Part shown: positions 14,660 to 27,842 of the stretch, piece after piece | Layout: each line of letters starts with the position of its first letter | Position numbering within the stretch: position 1 is the stretch's first letter | Source of the DNA: Octopus sinensis | Taxonomy: Eukaryota | Length of the DNA: 64,000 nt | Reading direction: 5' to 3' | Assembly: GCF_006345805.1 (NCBI RefSeq) | Contig: NC_043004.1 | Location: 83,328,001 to 83,392,000 of the forward strand | Made by a program: the position numbers and the translations under genes | The notes under the pieces: model-generated | Told to the model about the DNA's origin: nothing | The model's input: only the letters and a program-made list of their open reading frames with translations | The model's database searches: none

Positions 14660-14962
14660 CAAGGGAGCCGACAAAAGCCTTGTGAGTTGATTTGGTAGGC
14701 GGACACTGAAAGAAGCCCGTCGTATATATGAATATATTTATATATATGTATGTGTGTATATGTTTGTGTCTGTGTTTGTCCTCCCAACATCGTTTGACAA
14801 CAGATGCTGGTGTGTTTACGTCTGCGCAAGTTAGTAGTTCGGCAAAAGTGACCGATAGAATAAGTACTAGGTTTACAAAGAATAAGTCCTGGGTTAGAGT
14901 TGTTCGACTAAAGGCGGTGATCCAGCATGGCCACAGTCAAATGACTGAAACAAGTAAAAGAG
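14660..14962 (+). mobile_element. CORE-type tRNA-derived SINE, 3' part
   Basis: ccttgtgagt.gatttggtag.cgga.actgaaagaagcccgtcg...gttcggcaaaag.gaccgatagaataagtact...ccagcatggccacagtcaaatgactgaaac. Further copies at 41259, 44840, 47390, 49280 and 57815. Confidence 0.7.
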
Positions 14963-15143
14963 TTATATATCTCTATCATAGATAATGTTGTTCAATGTTG
15001 TTTGAGTTGCTTGAAGGTGGTTCTGTCTCTCAACCCTATCTATATATATATCTATATAATACAGCGACAAATTCTTTTTAGTCCCACTAAATTGAATTTC
15101 TCTCCCCTGTGGACCTGTGGACTCGGAAATAACTTCCCTAATA

Positions 15144-15201
<58 letters not shown>

Positions 15202-15204
<3 letters not shown>

Positions 15205-15373
15205 TAAATAAATGGTACAACGAAGCACCGATATTTACTGAAAAATAGCGAACGTAATAAATACGACGCTAATGTATAGGTTCACTGCAGTGAAGCTATA
15301 CATTAGCGTCGTATTTATTACGTTCGCTATTTTCCAGTAATTATTGGTGCTTCGTTGTACCATTTATTTACTT
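15202..15373. repeat. Near-perfect 172-bp palindrome (MITE-like) in GRL-B intron 1
   Basis: aagtaaataaatggtacaacgaagcacc...cactgcagtg...ggtgcttcgttgtaccatttatttactt. Confidence 0.85.
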
Positions 15374-15415
15374 TTATGTATAATTTTACCCTCACGAGCT
15401 ATCCTTTACATGCAT

Positions 15416-15475
<60 letters not shown>

Positions 15476-15498
15476 CTATGTGTGTGTGTATGTGTATG

Positions 15499-15529
<31 letters not shown>

Positions 15530-15629
15530 TTAGCAGCGCCCGTACCTTTTTGGTCTTATATGTATATATGGCGTCACGTACCCTCCTTAACACTTATGTG
15601 AGCACATATTCTTGTAAATTTGGTACGAC

Positions 15630-16438
15630 TCTACACTGTTTGTCTCTCTCTCTCTCTCTTACATTTACTTCGCATTCTACGTTGATCTGTCCCCTTCTCT
15701 CTCTTTTCTCTCTACTAACCCCCCTTTTCTCTTCTCTTGCCTCTGATTCTTTGGTCTACTCTTCCCCTACCCTTCCATTTCTTTGTCTTCCTTTGCACTC
15801 ACAGGTCAATCTTTGACACCCATCCCTTCTACCCTCTCTAATTCCTTCCTTCTCTCTATTCTCCCCCCTTGTTGCTTTCGTCCCTCTTCTCTCTCTCTTC
15901 CTTCCTTTGCCTCCCTTTCTTTCGTTTCTTTTCTTTTCTCTCTTCTCTGTCACGTGACCGCTGGCCAAAATCCGCCTTTCGGCCTCTGACCAGCGCCGTG
16001 AAAACATCGTTGTCCTCGTTCGCCGCTAAGGCAATGTTTCCAAAATACGCCAGCCAGACCTGTTTGCACTGTTATTAGTCGTTAGACACTTGCTGTTTTT
16101 ACCATTATTGCTTTTGTATTTCACGTTTTTGTATTTCGTTATTGTTTTTTGTTTTTTATATTCGTGTGGCACCGTCCGTTTTGCTGTCCCTGTGTTCGTA
16201 TGCATTCGATCCTTCTTCCAGGAAATCTACGCTCCTAGCTTAGTTTTTCTAATGCTCGTTGCTTAGTTTTTCCTGGAGGGCTGGCCGTTCTAGTAATCTC
16301 AAGATTAATCAGCCGAAATTACTACGATGATCCGTTCTTGACTGAAGACTGAGGGCTTCGAATGTCCTGTCTGTGTTGTGTTGTATCGTCTTCTAAGTTT
16401 TTATGCGTTCTTGTCTCAGTTTGTATTTTTTACATATC

Positions 16439-16440
<2 letters not shown>
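15630..16440 (+). repeat. Unclassified interspersed repeat (pyrimidine-rich tract plus conserved tail), related to 56450-57170
   Basis: The motif ttattagtcg..agacac.tgctgtt is shared with the reverse complement of 56450-57170. Embedded in (TA)n. Confidence 0.4.
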
Positions 16441-16486
<46 letters not shown>

Positions 16487-16683
16487 AAACAAGTACAATG
16501 TGAAGATGTATTCATAGCACACTCCCCAGTTAGCTCTCAGCATGCCTGTGACTGCAATCGAATTTTTTATTAATATTATGCCACGACAAAAACTCAAACA
16601 CATACACAAACGTTATTTGTTTTTCATCTGAGCTGTCCATCATCTTGTTTCTTAATGTAAACCCTTGTGGTTAATAAAGAAAT

Positions 16684-16720
<37 letters not shown>

Positions 16721-17022
16721 GCTATTTTAAGGCGATAAGATGGCATAATCGTTAGCGCACCGAGCAAATGTCTTAGTGAAATTTCACCCATTTTTATGTT
16801 CAGAGTTCAAATTCCGCCGAAGTTGAATTTGCCTTTCATCCCGTCGGAGTTACGCTCCTTCTCCCAAAACTTCAGGCCTTGTGCCTATTGCTGAAAACAT
16901 CCTCCTCCTCCTCCTCATCATCATCATCATCATCATTATCATCATCATAATAATTATCATCCTCATTATCATCATCATCATCATCATCATTATTATTATT
17001 ATCATTATTATTATTATTATTA

Positions 17023-17192
17023 TTCAGTAGTTTTATTTTTAGAGCGTGTTTTCACTTTACTACCGAGCGCAGCTCTGTGTGCCTTGGGTATGTGCTGTGA
17101 TTTGTTGTGATGCTCTGATGGTTATTGTATGGAAAGTGTTCTGCGTAGGATGTGTGCAGTGCCTAGTAGTGCTATTTTCTGTATGTTATATG

Positions 17193-17195
<3 letters not shown>
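17023..17195 (-). mobile_element. Short 3' end of a Dong/R4-type LINE inserted in (TAA)n
   Basis: Encodes TYNIQKIALLGTAHILRRTLSIQ plus a 3' UTR nearly identical to 27250-27420. (TTA)n on both sides. Confidence 0.85.
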
Positions 17196-17264
<69 letters not shown>

Positions 17265-17617
17265 TGTTCAATATTTGGTAGATTGAGGCAAATTCCTGCT
17301 GCATCACCTGCTACATTTTCGTGTCGCTGAGGTGTGTGCAGCACTATGTGTTCCTTTCTGCTGTTGGGATTGTGCAAATTCTTCCTGGTACTCTGTTAGT
17401 TTTTTTTTTATTCTTGAGGTGTGGAGCTTTTTTTTTTATTGTGTAACTGCTTTGATTCTATGTTGAGTGTGTAATGCTTTGATTTTCAGGATTGCTAGTG
17501 GAATCTCAGTTCACTGGGTAAATACTGCATAGGGTGCCTTGTTTTCTTTATGTTGTATTATTCGATTGACCGTGCCTTGCCTAGGTGTGGGCTGTTCCTT
17601 GCAGAGCTATATATTGG

Positions 17618-17838
17618 ACAGTGAGCTGGCTGAAACGTTAGCACGCTGGGCGAAATGCGTAGCTGTATTTCGCCTGCCGTTACGTTCTGAGTTCAAATTC
17701 CGCCGAGGTCGACTTTGCCTTTCATCCTTTATCGGGGTCGATTAATTAAGTACCAGTTACGCACTGGGGTCGACGTAATCTGTTTGCATGTCATTATTTA
17801 TCCCCTCTATGTGTAGCCCCTTGTGGGTAGTAAAGGAA
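17618..17838 (+). mobile_element. Octopus-type SINE copy (same family as 3692)
   Basis: Full head-to-tail signature. Partial copies also at about 16730-16895, 18517-18592, 24120-24292 (-) and 25750-25912. Confidence 0.75.
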
Positions 17839-17874
17839 TATATATATATTGGACAGTGAGTAGTGTTGAGGATC

Positions 17875-18012
17875 CAGGTATAGCTTGTGCATTTCTGTTC
17901 ATATGGATTTTTTGATCATATCCACTGCTCCAAATATAAATGGTAAACTTTTATACTTTCATGCCGCACATTTTTAATACTTCAGTTTCGAGATCTTTGT
18001 ACTTCCACTACA
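17875..18012 (-). mobile_element. Degenerate Dong/R4-type LINE C-terminal fragment
   Basis: The minus strand encodes KYKDLETEVLKMCGMKV, homologous to KYKDLEIEVTRMWNLKT at 27115. Confidence 0.55.
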
Positions 18013-18317
18013 CTTGTTGTTGTTGTTGTTGTTGTTGTTGTTCTTCTTCTTCTTCTTCTTCTTCTTCTTTTTCTTCTTCTTCTTCTTCTTCCTCCTCTTC
18101 TTCTTCCTCTTCTGCTTCCTCCTCCTCCTTCCTCCTCCTCCTTCCTCCTCCTCCTTCCTCCTCCTCCTCCTCATCTTCCTCCTCCTCCTCCTCCTTCTTC
18201 CTCAACCTCCTTCTTCCTCCTCCTCCTCCTCCTATCCTTCCTCCTCCTCCTCCTCCTTCTTCTTCTTATTCTTCCTCCTTCTCCTCTTTCTTCTTCTTCT
18301 TCTCCTTATCATTATTA

Positions 18318-18381
<64 letters not shown>

Positions 18382-18398
18382 CATCATTATTATTATTA

Positions 18399-18492
<94 letters not shown>

Positions 18493-18513
18493 TATTATTA
18501 TTATTATTATTAT
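18013..18513. repeat. Compound trinucleotide microsatellite (GTT/CTT/CCT/ATT/CAT)
   Basis: Direct reading of the sequence. Confidence 0.95.
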
Positions 18514-18594
18514 TTAGGCGGCTAGTAGGCAGAATATTTAGCACTAGGGGAAACATGCTAAGTGGTGTTTCGTCCGTTCTGAGTTCAAACGCTG

Positions 18595-18680
<86 letters not shown>

Positions 18681-18692
18681 GTCGGTCTATCA

Positions 18693-18778
<86 letters not shown>
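18595..18778. repeat. (CTAT)n microsatellite
   Basis: Direct reading. Similar arrays at 19706-20060, 22110-22272, 23076-23160, 43197-43272 and 46560-46645. Confidence 0.95.
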
Positions 18779-18882
18779 GGGTGCAGTATAATATACGAAA
18801 CAACTAAAAGATAACGATAAAAATATTACTAATCAAACGTGTGTATATCACTTGTATATGCATTGTCTGTTTTCTTTTTCAG

Positions 18883-18951
18883 ATCTATCAAATCCGTAAA
18901 AATATATATAAAATCACACATGACTTCGAAATACCCGATTTCAATTTAAGA
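18883..18951 (+). CDS. GRL-B exon 2 (69 nt, IYQIRKNIYKITHDFEIPDFNLR)
   Basis: Acceptor ttttctttttcAG and donor GTAAGT, phase 0/0. Same length as, and clearly homologous to, exon 2 of GRL-A (3521-3589) and GRL-C (46718-46786). Confidence 0.88.
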
Positions 18952-19705
18952 GTAAGTTTTTCTCAAACAATGCATATCTTTCAAACTGTTTTGGCGCCAG
19001 AATATCTGTGCGGTTAAGATCCTCGCTTTAAAATCACTTTATTTCCAGCTTACGTGACGTTGCGTAGAGTCTCAACAAGTATATTTGACTTTAACCTCAG
19101 GCATACCAATAACTTGTGAGTGAATTTGATTGACGGAAACTGTGTGGAAGCACGAGGGGATTTTTCCTTGTGTAGTTGTCTTGTACTCTGTTTGTTTCGT
19201 TGTTAAAAAAATGGTCGGTTCCATGCTGTTTTTACTTTTTCGTTTCTCATTGAGTTCTACGTCTATTTGTGGTGTCCTGTACACACGTATATATTTATAT
19301 ATGCATGTATATATACATGTAGATGTAGGTACGTACATATATGTTTGTAAGTATGCATATATTTTATTTATTACACTATTGTATGACTGAGCGCCCTCGC
19401 GTCGATTCGATTCGATTAGTTTCGTTTCGTTTCTTCTTCTTCTCTAAGCTGGTGTTTTATATTTATATATATTGGATTGACAATATACTTATCGTTTCAC
19501 TGCTCACTAGGTTGTTCATAACGGCAGTAAACAGCTCATACCGGGACAAAATACGGAGTCGTTTCTCAATTTTGATATGATATTTATATCAAACATTCTA
19601 CCACACTTATTGCGGTGTATAACGGACCATGTTTGTATAATGCAAAATGCTTTAATTTACTCCACAATTTTTACATATATTTATATATGCTTGTGCGTGC
19701 GTGAG

Positions 19706-19808
<103 letters not shown>

Positions 19809-19964
19809 TTATTTATCTATCTATCAATCTATCTATCCATCTATCTAAATATCTATCTATCTATCTATCTTTCTATCTATCACTCTCTCTCTCTTTCTCT
19901 CTCTATCTATCTATCTTTCTATCTATCACTCTCTCTCTCTATCTATCTATTTATCTATCTATAT

Positions 19965-20023
<59 letters not shown>

Positions 20024-20456
20024 GTCTATCTGACTGTCTATCTGCCTGTCTATCTATCTTTCTGTCTGTCTGTCTAGCTATACATTTCTCTATCCATCCT
20101 TCTATCTATCTATACACGTGCCTGTGTATCTGTTTTTCTGGCTTCATCTCCATTCATGCTTCTAGAAGAATCTCACTCTAATATAAAACGTTTATACATA
20201 CATACATACATACATACATACATACATACGTACATACGTACGTACGTACATACATGCATACATACATACATACATACATACATACAAACACATACATACA
20301 TACATACATACATACATACATACATACATACATACATACATACATACATACATACATACATACGTACGTACATACATATGCCTATGTGTATTTGCTGTCG
20401 TACGCTTTGAATGTTAATTTGCAACGCATGAGATTTTTTTTCTGCTGTATTTCCAG

Positions 20457-20546
20457 ATGATGTTAGTGCTAAATCGAATGTCTTCATCAGTGATGGGTAT
20501 CAGCATTGGTGGGTTTATGACTATAACACCCTCATCATTAGTTACA
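20457..20546 (+). CDS. GRL-B exon 3 (90 nt, MMLVLNRMSSSVMGISIGGFMTITPSSLVT; TM7a)
   Basis: Acceptor tttctgctgtatttccAG and donor GTAAGT, phase 0/0. GISIGGF matches the GR/GRL TM7a motif (typically a-x-G-F-F-x-I). Homologous to GRL-C exon 3. Confidence 0.9.
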
Positions 20547-20952
20547 GTAAGTATAATATCAATTTAAAGCTAAACCTGTCACGGAAAAGTCAAATTAAAG
20601 AATGTGATTGCATAGTTAATGAAGAAATGATATCACAGTTTTGAAAACTGAATATGTGATCGCATACATTGACATAGATAAATGTCTATGTATGAATTTG
20701 AATATAATACGACGCACTTCAATTAGATTGTTCAAAGAAAGAAACTCAGAATATTTCCCCTGCGAAATATTTGATATCATAGAGGTTGATTTTCTTAAGG
20801 ATCTTGAAGTCAACTACAGTAATTAAAGTATGAATAGATGTATTGCAGAGATTCCGTATCGTGTATTGCAAGTACAGTGGAAAATGTTTTTTGTTGGTCT
20901 TGTTAAATTCTATTATAGTTGTCAAAATGGATCTAATTCTCATATTTAATTC

Positions 20953-21540
20953 TTTATTGCCCACAACGGTCTAAACATACAGGGGATAGACAAAGGAACT
21001 AAGTCGATTACATCGACCTCTGTGCGTGACTGGTACTTATTTAATCGACCCCGAAAGGATGAAAGGCAAAGTCGACATCGGCGGAATTTGAGCTCAGAAC
21101 GTAGCGGCAGACGAAATACCTATTTCTTTACTACTCACAAGGGGCTAAACACAGAGAGGATAAACAAGGACAGGCAAACGGATTAAGTCGATTATATCGA
21201 TCCCAGTGCGTAACTGGTACTTATTTAATCGACCCCGAAAGGATGAAAGGCAAAGTCGACCCCGGCGGAATTTGAACTTAGAACGTAGAGGCAGACGAAA
21301 TACCTATTTCTTTATTACCCACAAGGGGCTAAACACAGAGGGGACAAACAAGGACAGACATAGGTATTAAGTCGATTACATCGACCCCAGTGCGTAACTG
21401 GTACTTAATTTATCGACCCCGAAAGGATGAAAGGCAAAGTCGACCTCAGCGGAATTTGAACTCACAACGTTGCGCCAGACGAAATACCGCTCAGCATTTC
21501 GCCCGGCGTGCTAACGTTTATGCCAGCTCGCCGCCTTTAC
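20953..21540 (-). mobile_element. Tandem trimer of the octopus-type SINE body (about 180-bp units)
   Basis: Three consecutive units joined at gacgaaatacc|tatttcttta (about 21120 and 21303). Confidence 0.8.
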
Positions 21541-21890
21541 CGGTTGATCCGATCAACGGAACAGCCTGCTCGTGAAATTAACGTGTAAGTGGCTGAGCAC
21601 TCCACAGACACGTGTACCCTTAACGTAGTTCTCGGGGATATTCAGCGCGACACAGATAGTGACAAGGCCGGCCATTTGAAATACAGGTACAACAGAAACA
21701 GGAAGTAAGAGTGAGAGAAAGTTGTGGTGAAAGAGTACAGCAGGGATCACCACCATCCCCTGCCGGAGCCTCGTGGAGCTTTTAGGTGTTTTCGCTCAAT
21801 AAACACTCACAACGTCCGGTCTGGGAATCGAAACCGCGATCCTACGACCGCGAGTCCGCTGCCCTAACCACTGGGCCATTGCGCCTCCAC
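21541..21890 (-). mobile_element. tRNA-derived SINE (second family)
   Basis: tRNA-like head with A box TGGCCCAGTGG and B box GTTTCGATTCC. The same head recurs at 51995-52090. Confidence 0.8.
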
Positions 21891-22114
21891 AGACGAAATA
21901 CCGATAAGCATTTCGCCTGGCGCGCTAACGTTCCTGCCTGCTCGTCGCCTTATTACTCATATTATATTATACTCAAACACACACACTTACACACACTTAC
22001 ATAGACGCACACAAACAGATACACACATAGACGTATGTAGTGTGGGAGATAGAAAAATGGTTAGATTGTTAGATAGACAGATAGAGATAGAAAGACAGAC
22101 AGACTGACAGACAC

Positions 22115-22151
<37 letters not shown>

Positions 22152-22194
22152 AAAACAGATAGACAGATACACAGATATATAGATAAATAAATAA

Positions 22195-22274
<80 letters not shown>

Positions 22275-23074
22275 GTTTCTTTATTGGCCACACAAGGCTG
22301 CACACAGATGGGACAAGTTACAAGGTAGAGCTTTTGTTTTGGGGGAGAAAAAAAAAAGGTGGCGTAGGTTTTCGGTCAAAAGGGATCGTAAAAGGGAAAA
22401 AAGAACAAAAAAAAAAGGAAAAGAAAAAAAAAGGAAAAGAAAAAAAAGAAAAAGGGAAAAAAGAAGAGAAAAATGAAAAAAGGAGAAAAAAGAGGGAAAA
22501 AAACGATCAATAGGGATCGTGTATCACAGTGTCATGATGTATGGTGTAAAGGGGAAAGCAAGTAAGGTTTATCCGTGGGAAGAAAAGCCTACGAAAAAGA
22601 CCACGGTAACCTTGGTCAATATTGTTATATGTTACCACATTTGTTTGCAAGTGGGTAACCCTCTGTTTTCAATTTCTGGGTCCATAGGATTATGCTCAAG
22701 GTGGCTTCGTCATTCATAGTGCCATCCTTGCTACATTCACCCATCTTTTTTTAAAACGTTCGCTAGACAAAACTTGCCTCTCTACTCTCACTTTCCTTTT
22801 CAAGTGGTACTTGAAGAAGTTGACGAGAGGTTGACCAGAGAGGAAAGTGTTTGTCTCCAATCCTTTCAGACGCGTCCACCAGATACATTCTTTCGCCATA
22901 GCCACAAGGATGATGAAAATAGCTCTTCCTTCCCGTTTGAAGGAAGGAGGCGTGACAATATTGACGATAGACTCAGCTGATAAACCGACTCGTCCCACAC
23001 GTGACAGCAGTTGTTCGACATAAGCCCACAGGTCGGAAGTTGTTGGACACTGCACGAGTGCGTGCAGAACGGTT

Positions 23075-23075
<1 letters not shown>
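22275..23075 (-). mobile_element. 5'-truncated Tx1/L1-type LINE inserted in (GATA)n, in GRL-B intron 3
   Basis: Encodes HALVQCPTTSDLWAYVEQLL...AKECIWWTR. Nearly identical to 42400-43193. (GATA)n on both sides. Confidence 0.85.
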
Positions 23076-23160
<85 letters not shown>

Positions 23161-23199
23161 TACAATATAACAATAAGATTACAAGAACGTATCTTCACA

Positions 23200-23620
23200 C
23201 CAAATGAAGGATGTGCAACCATAATAATGAAATTTGGATCACATCATGTCCGGTTGTCCAGTCCTTTTCACATAAATGGTCATGGAGGCAGCTACTTCAC
23301 TGGGTAATATGCCAACACCTCACCGAAAACTAGTAAGGAGATAGGCTACCATGTACCAAGTATGGCACATGCTAACGACCTGGAAACAATAATCTGGGAT
23401 ATACCAATCAAAACTAACAAAGAGATCAAAGTGAACTCTCTGTCAGTTTTACATAATATAAAATTGGAAAAGAAACACATGTACACTGAAAGATATCGTA
23501 TTAAACTCTGATGTAAAGATTTTTTCTAAAAAAAGTAGGGTATCTGTCAAAATACACGGACTTTCAAATTGAAATATTCAAGGTGAGACGTATGAGAGTG
23601 AAAACAGTACGATTACGAGT
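23200..23620 (+). mobile_element. Old degenerate Dong/R4-type LINE fragment
   Basis: IIWDIPIKTNKEIK and SKYTDFQIEI resemble ILWDMPIHTDREIK and SKYKDLEIEV at 26960-27135. Confidence 0.5.
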
Positions 23621-24304
23621 TGGGACACTATGTATTATAAATTATGGAAAGAAACGTAAAAATTATACCAGGGCTCATAGCACTAGACACTTCAATATCT
23701 CGGTGAGGAATAGCAGACGTTTTGCGCAAAGCATTATTAGTCCAATAAAATAGCTCACGATTCAATAGAATAACTTAAATAACAATCTTCATACACAATA
23801 TATACCCTGTACAACAAGTACCTAATAACAAATCAACACGACTCAGGCAACATATATCTCGAATAGAGTAACACAACTCGCCAAATATATGACTCACATT
23901 GACCACTCAATACACAACACAACACAGCAGAAAATGCTTTAGAATAAGAAACATTAAACTCAACCCCATAACAACACAAGCTTTCAGGACACTTCTAATT
24001 GTTACAAAAACTGAGAAATCACTGCTCCACAAACCTAGTGATGCAGAACAAAGTTAAAAAATGTGTATAATAATAACAATAATAGTTTCAAATTTTTGTA
24101 CAAGACCAACAGATTTAGGGGTAGGAATAAGATTGCATCGACTATAGTATTTAAAAGGCACTTATTTTATCGACCTCGAAAGGATGAAAGGCAGAGTCGA
24201 CTTCGGCGGAATTTGAACTCAGGTAGTATCGTCAAACGTAATGCTAGTAAGCGTTTGGTCCGGTGCGCGAAAAATTCTACCAGCACGCCGACCTAATGAT
24301 AATT

Positions 24305-24326
24305 ATGACTATGATGATGGTGGTGG

Positions 24327-24391
<65 letters not shown>

Positions 24392-24428
24392 GTAGTGGTG
24401 GTGGTGGTAGTGGTAGTGGTGGTGGTGG

Positions 24429-24491
<63 letters not shown>

Positions 24492-24508
24492 CGATGATGA
24501 TGATGATG
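24305..24508. repeat. (GAT)n/(GGT)n microsatellite
   Basis: Direct reading of the sequence. Confidence 0.95.
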
Positions 24509-24579
24509 CTATTTTTTGAGGCTTTTATAAATGTCATGTATATACTGCTTTTCTCACTTAATTCTTTTCTCTTCTTTAG

Positions 24580-24660
24580 ATGATCGGTTGTTTAGTGACC
24601 ATCACCGCCTTTGTTACCCAAAATAAACCAACTCTTGACGGTATCAAGTATCAGAAATAA
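24580..24660 (+). CDS. GRL-B exon 4 (MIGCLVTITAFVTQNKPTLDGIKYQK-stop; TM7b)
   Basis: Acceptor ttcttttctcttctttAG, TAA at 24658-24660. G-x2-V-T-I-x5-Q aligns with the TY-x5-Q(F) motif and with GRL-C exon 4. Confidence 0.82.
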   Translation: MIGCLVTITAFVTQNKPTLDGIKYQK

Positions 24661-24804
24661 CGGATATTTCAAACTCATGAAGCATTAACAAATCACAGAA
24701 CTGTTCAAATTTTAATTATATAACCTCTTGAAACTTTAAACAGCAATTTATTCAATAATATTTGTTTTGCAAGATTTTTGATGTGAAATCGCGTGTTGAA
24801 ACAG

Positions 24805-25242
24805 ATATTGTTGTAGTTAGGAATGGTCATTTTGCCAGTTTAGCCAATAAAATCACACGCACTGTATATTTGGTGTTACTTTGCTTCAGCGTTATTCCTT
24901 TTTTACATTAATCTTAATCTTATTTCGGCCAGAGTTCTTTATTCAGTGGTCCTTTGCTTTCTTCTTTCTTATTTGTATGTCTCTCCTTACTAACGGTCAG
25001 TCTTTAGTAAAATACAAAATATAAAATGGCTGACTGTTAGGAAGGAGAGACACACAAATAAGAAAGAAGAAGCAAAGTACCACTTATAAGGTCACAGGAG
25101 TATGACGAAAAACTCTGGCCGAAATAAGATTAAGATTAATGTAAAAAATGAATAACGCTGAAGCAAAGTAAGACCAAATATATAATGCGTGTGTTTTTAT
25201 TGGCTAAACTGGCAAAATTACCATTCCTAAATCCAACAATAT
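24805..25242. repeat. About 440-bp imperfect foldback (arms about 200 bp) just 3' of the GRL-B stop
   Basis: 24805-25004 is the reverse complement of about 25030-25242 (e.g. ttttgccagtttagccaataaaa / ttttattggctaaactggcaaaa). Confidence 0.85.
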
Positions 25243-25539
25243 TCAATAATATTTATACACTAATTATTTCAAAATCGTCTCGCTCTATTGTACATCAATT
25301 CAATATTCAACCCATGAGAATATGTTTATTCAATTAACAAATCAGTAAATAAATACGTACCTCATACACCACACGATTTTGCATTTGTTAGCAGTATACG
25401 GACACTACTCTCAAATAGCGATACAATTCATGTTTTCCCCGTTGTAAAATACTTCGAACTTCAACTGAATGTGCTTTCGTTTCTTCATCTATTTTATATA
25501 CGTGTCTTTGTGAATTTGATTGTGTCATAGAAATATATG

Positions 25540-25628
<89 letters not shown>

Positions 25629-25633
25629 GTATA

Positions 25634-25708
<75 letters not shown>

Positions 25709-26710
25709 GTATATATATATGTGTGTATATATATGTAATATATATATATAAGGCGTTGAGCTGGCAGAATCGTTAGCACGCCGGGCGAAATACGTAGCCG
25801 TATTTCGTCTGAGTTCAAATTCCGCCGCCGAGATCGACTTTACCTTTCATTCTTACGGGGTCGATAGATTAAGTACCAGTTACGCACTAGGGTCGATATA
25901 ATCGACTTAATAAAAAAAAAAAGACAGCGGCGGTGCCCCAGCATGGCCGCGGCCTTCGGGCTAAAACATTTTAAAGGATTTTTAAAGATTTTAAGGACAT
26001 ATATATAATATTTTATAATTACGAGTAATAATTATAATTGGGGTTCAGCAAAGATTTGCTTTACCACATACCGAAGTTTAGAAATAGCAGCCAAAGAATC
26101 TTGGCTATTTCTTCTACTACAATAGTATTTGTGTCCCGTACAAAACAAAATACTTGAAAAAACCCACGCAGAGAGAGAGGAAAAATAAGGAAATTCACTC
26201 GGTATAAGAATGTAAATTCATGGGCAAATACTCTTTCACAAAATATTTGAATTATCTCCCATGTTTAATCCGTAGAATAACTTCAGATAAGTTGCAATTT
26301 GCATCAAGGCACCAAACAACGTAAGCCATTAATTGAAAGGGACAATATCACGTACAAAAAATTATGATTTGCCTCCCTTATACACAGCGTACGCTTTTGT
26401 AAATTTCATAATTTTCATAAAAACAAAAACATGGATATTATAGTAGATTCTTTTAACGGAATAAATTATTTTAATTTGCAAATGAATTCTCTTCATCTTA
26501 TTTTAGTTTTCCGTTTTTAACTATTGGTTTCAGCTTCTTTCCGATTCCATGCTGCATCAGCTTTGGGTCGACCATTTCATCCATCTTTGAGTTTTAGAGT
26601 CTTATTAAGCAATTGGTTAAATGGGGGTACTCGATAAACAAGGCTCGGAGAAATGCTCTTAGACTGATCAAGATATTGCAGTTCGATTCCAGGCAGTGAC
26701 CTGAATAATG

Positions 26711-26773
<63 letters not shown>

Positions 26774-27420
26774 GCTGCCCAGTCCTGGCTAAGATCTCTA
26801 GCTGCCCAGTCCTGGCTAAGAAGGAATATATTCACAGACATGACAGAGTTGGAACCTACATACATTGGAAGCTATGCCAACATTATGGAATAACAACAGA
26901 AAAAAGATGGTATAGGCACACACCAGAAAAGGTCACAGAAAACGAGAAAGCAACCATACTCTGGGATATGCCGATACACACAGATAGAGAAATTAAGGCC
27001 AACAGACCAGATATAGTTGTCAGAGATCATGAAGAAAAAAAATGCTTTCTAATTGATGTATCAATACCGGCAGATGACAACGTGTCTCTAAAAGAAATGG
27101 AGAAACTCTCAAAATACAAAGACCTGGAAATAGAGGTAACTAGAATGTGGAATCTGAAAACAGAAACAATTCCTATCATAGTAGGTGCATTAGGCATGAT
27201 AAAAAAATATTCAGACAAATACATAACAAAAACACCAGGACTTACAAACACATATAACATACAGAAAATTGCACTACTAGGCACTGCACACATCCTACGC
27301 AGAACACTTTCCATACAATAACCATCAGAGCATCACGACAAATCACAGCACATACCCAAGGCACACAGAGCTGCGCTCGGTAGTGAAGTGAAAGCACGCT
27401 ATAAAAATAAAACTACTGAA
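26774..27420 (+). mobile_element. 5'-truncated Dong/R4-type LINE (restriction-like endonuclease C-terminus) inserted in (TAA)n
   Basis: ENEKATILWDMPIHTDREIKANRPDIVV...CFLIDVSIP...KLSKYKDL (PD..D..K REL motif). (TAA)n on both flanks. A second divergent C-terminal fragment follows at about 27445-27590. Confidence 0.9.
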
Positions 27421-27758
27421 TAATAATAATAATAATCATTACTAGTGAATGTAGGATCTCTAGGAATGATAAAAAATGGTACTGAAACTTATTTGAAAAT
27501 GATACCAGGCTTACCATCCCAACAGGAAGTGCAAAATATCGTGTTAACTGGAACGATTCATGTACTGAGAAGAGCATTATCGTTGTGAAAACAATATCCA
27601 TTCAGGAATCTATTTATCTATTATTATTTTTTAATTATATATTTTACCCGTGAATTTTTCGTGTGTAATCTGGGAATGCAAAGAATGAGCTTCTCTGCCC
27701 CAGGTGTACAGACAACACTCGGTGAGAAATGGAAGAAAATTTGAAGAAAGGAAGGAAA

Positions 27759-27802
<44 letters not shown>

Positions 27803-27803
27803 A

Positions 27804-27842
<39 letters not shown>

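Noticed and set aside
21820-21890. tRNA-like sequences (also about 41260-41330 and 51995-52070)
   Set aside because: A/B boxes are present but there is no proper cloverleaf, and they continue into repeat bodies. They are SINE heads, not tRNA genes.
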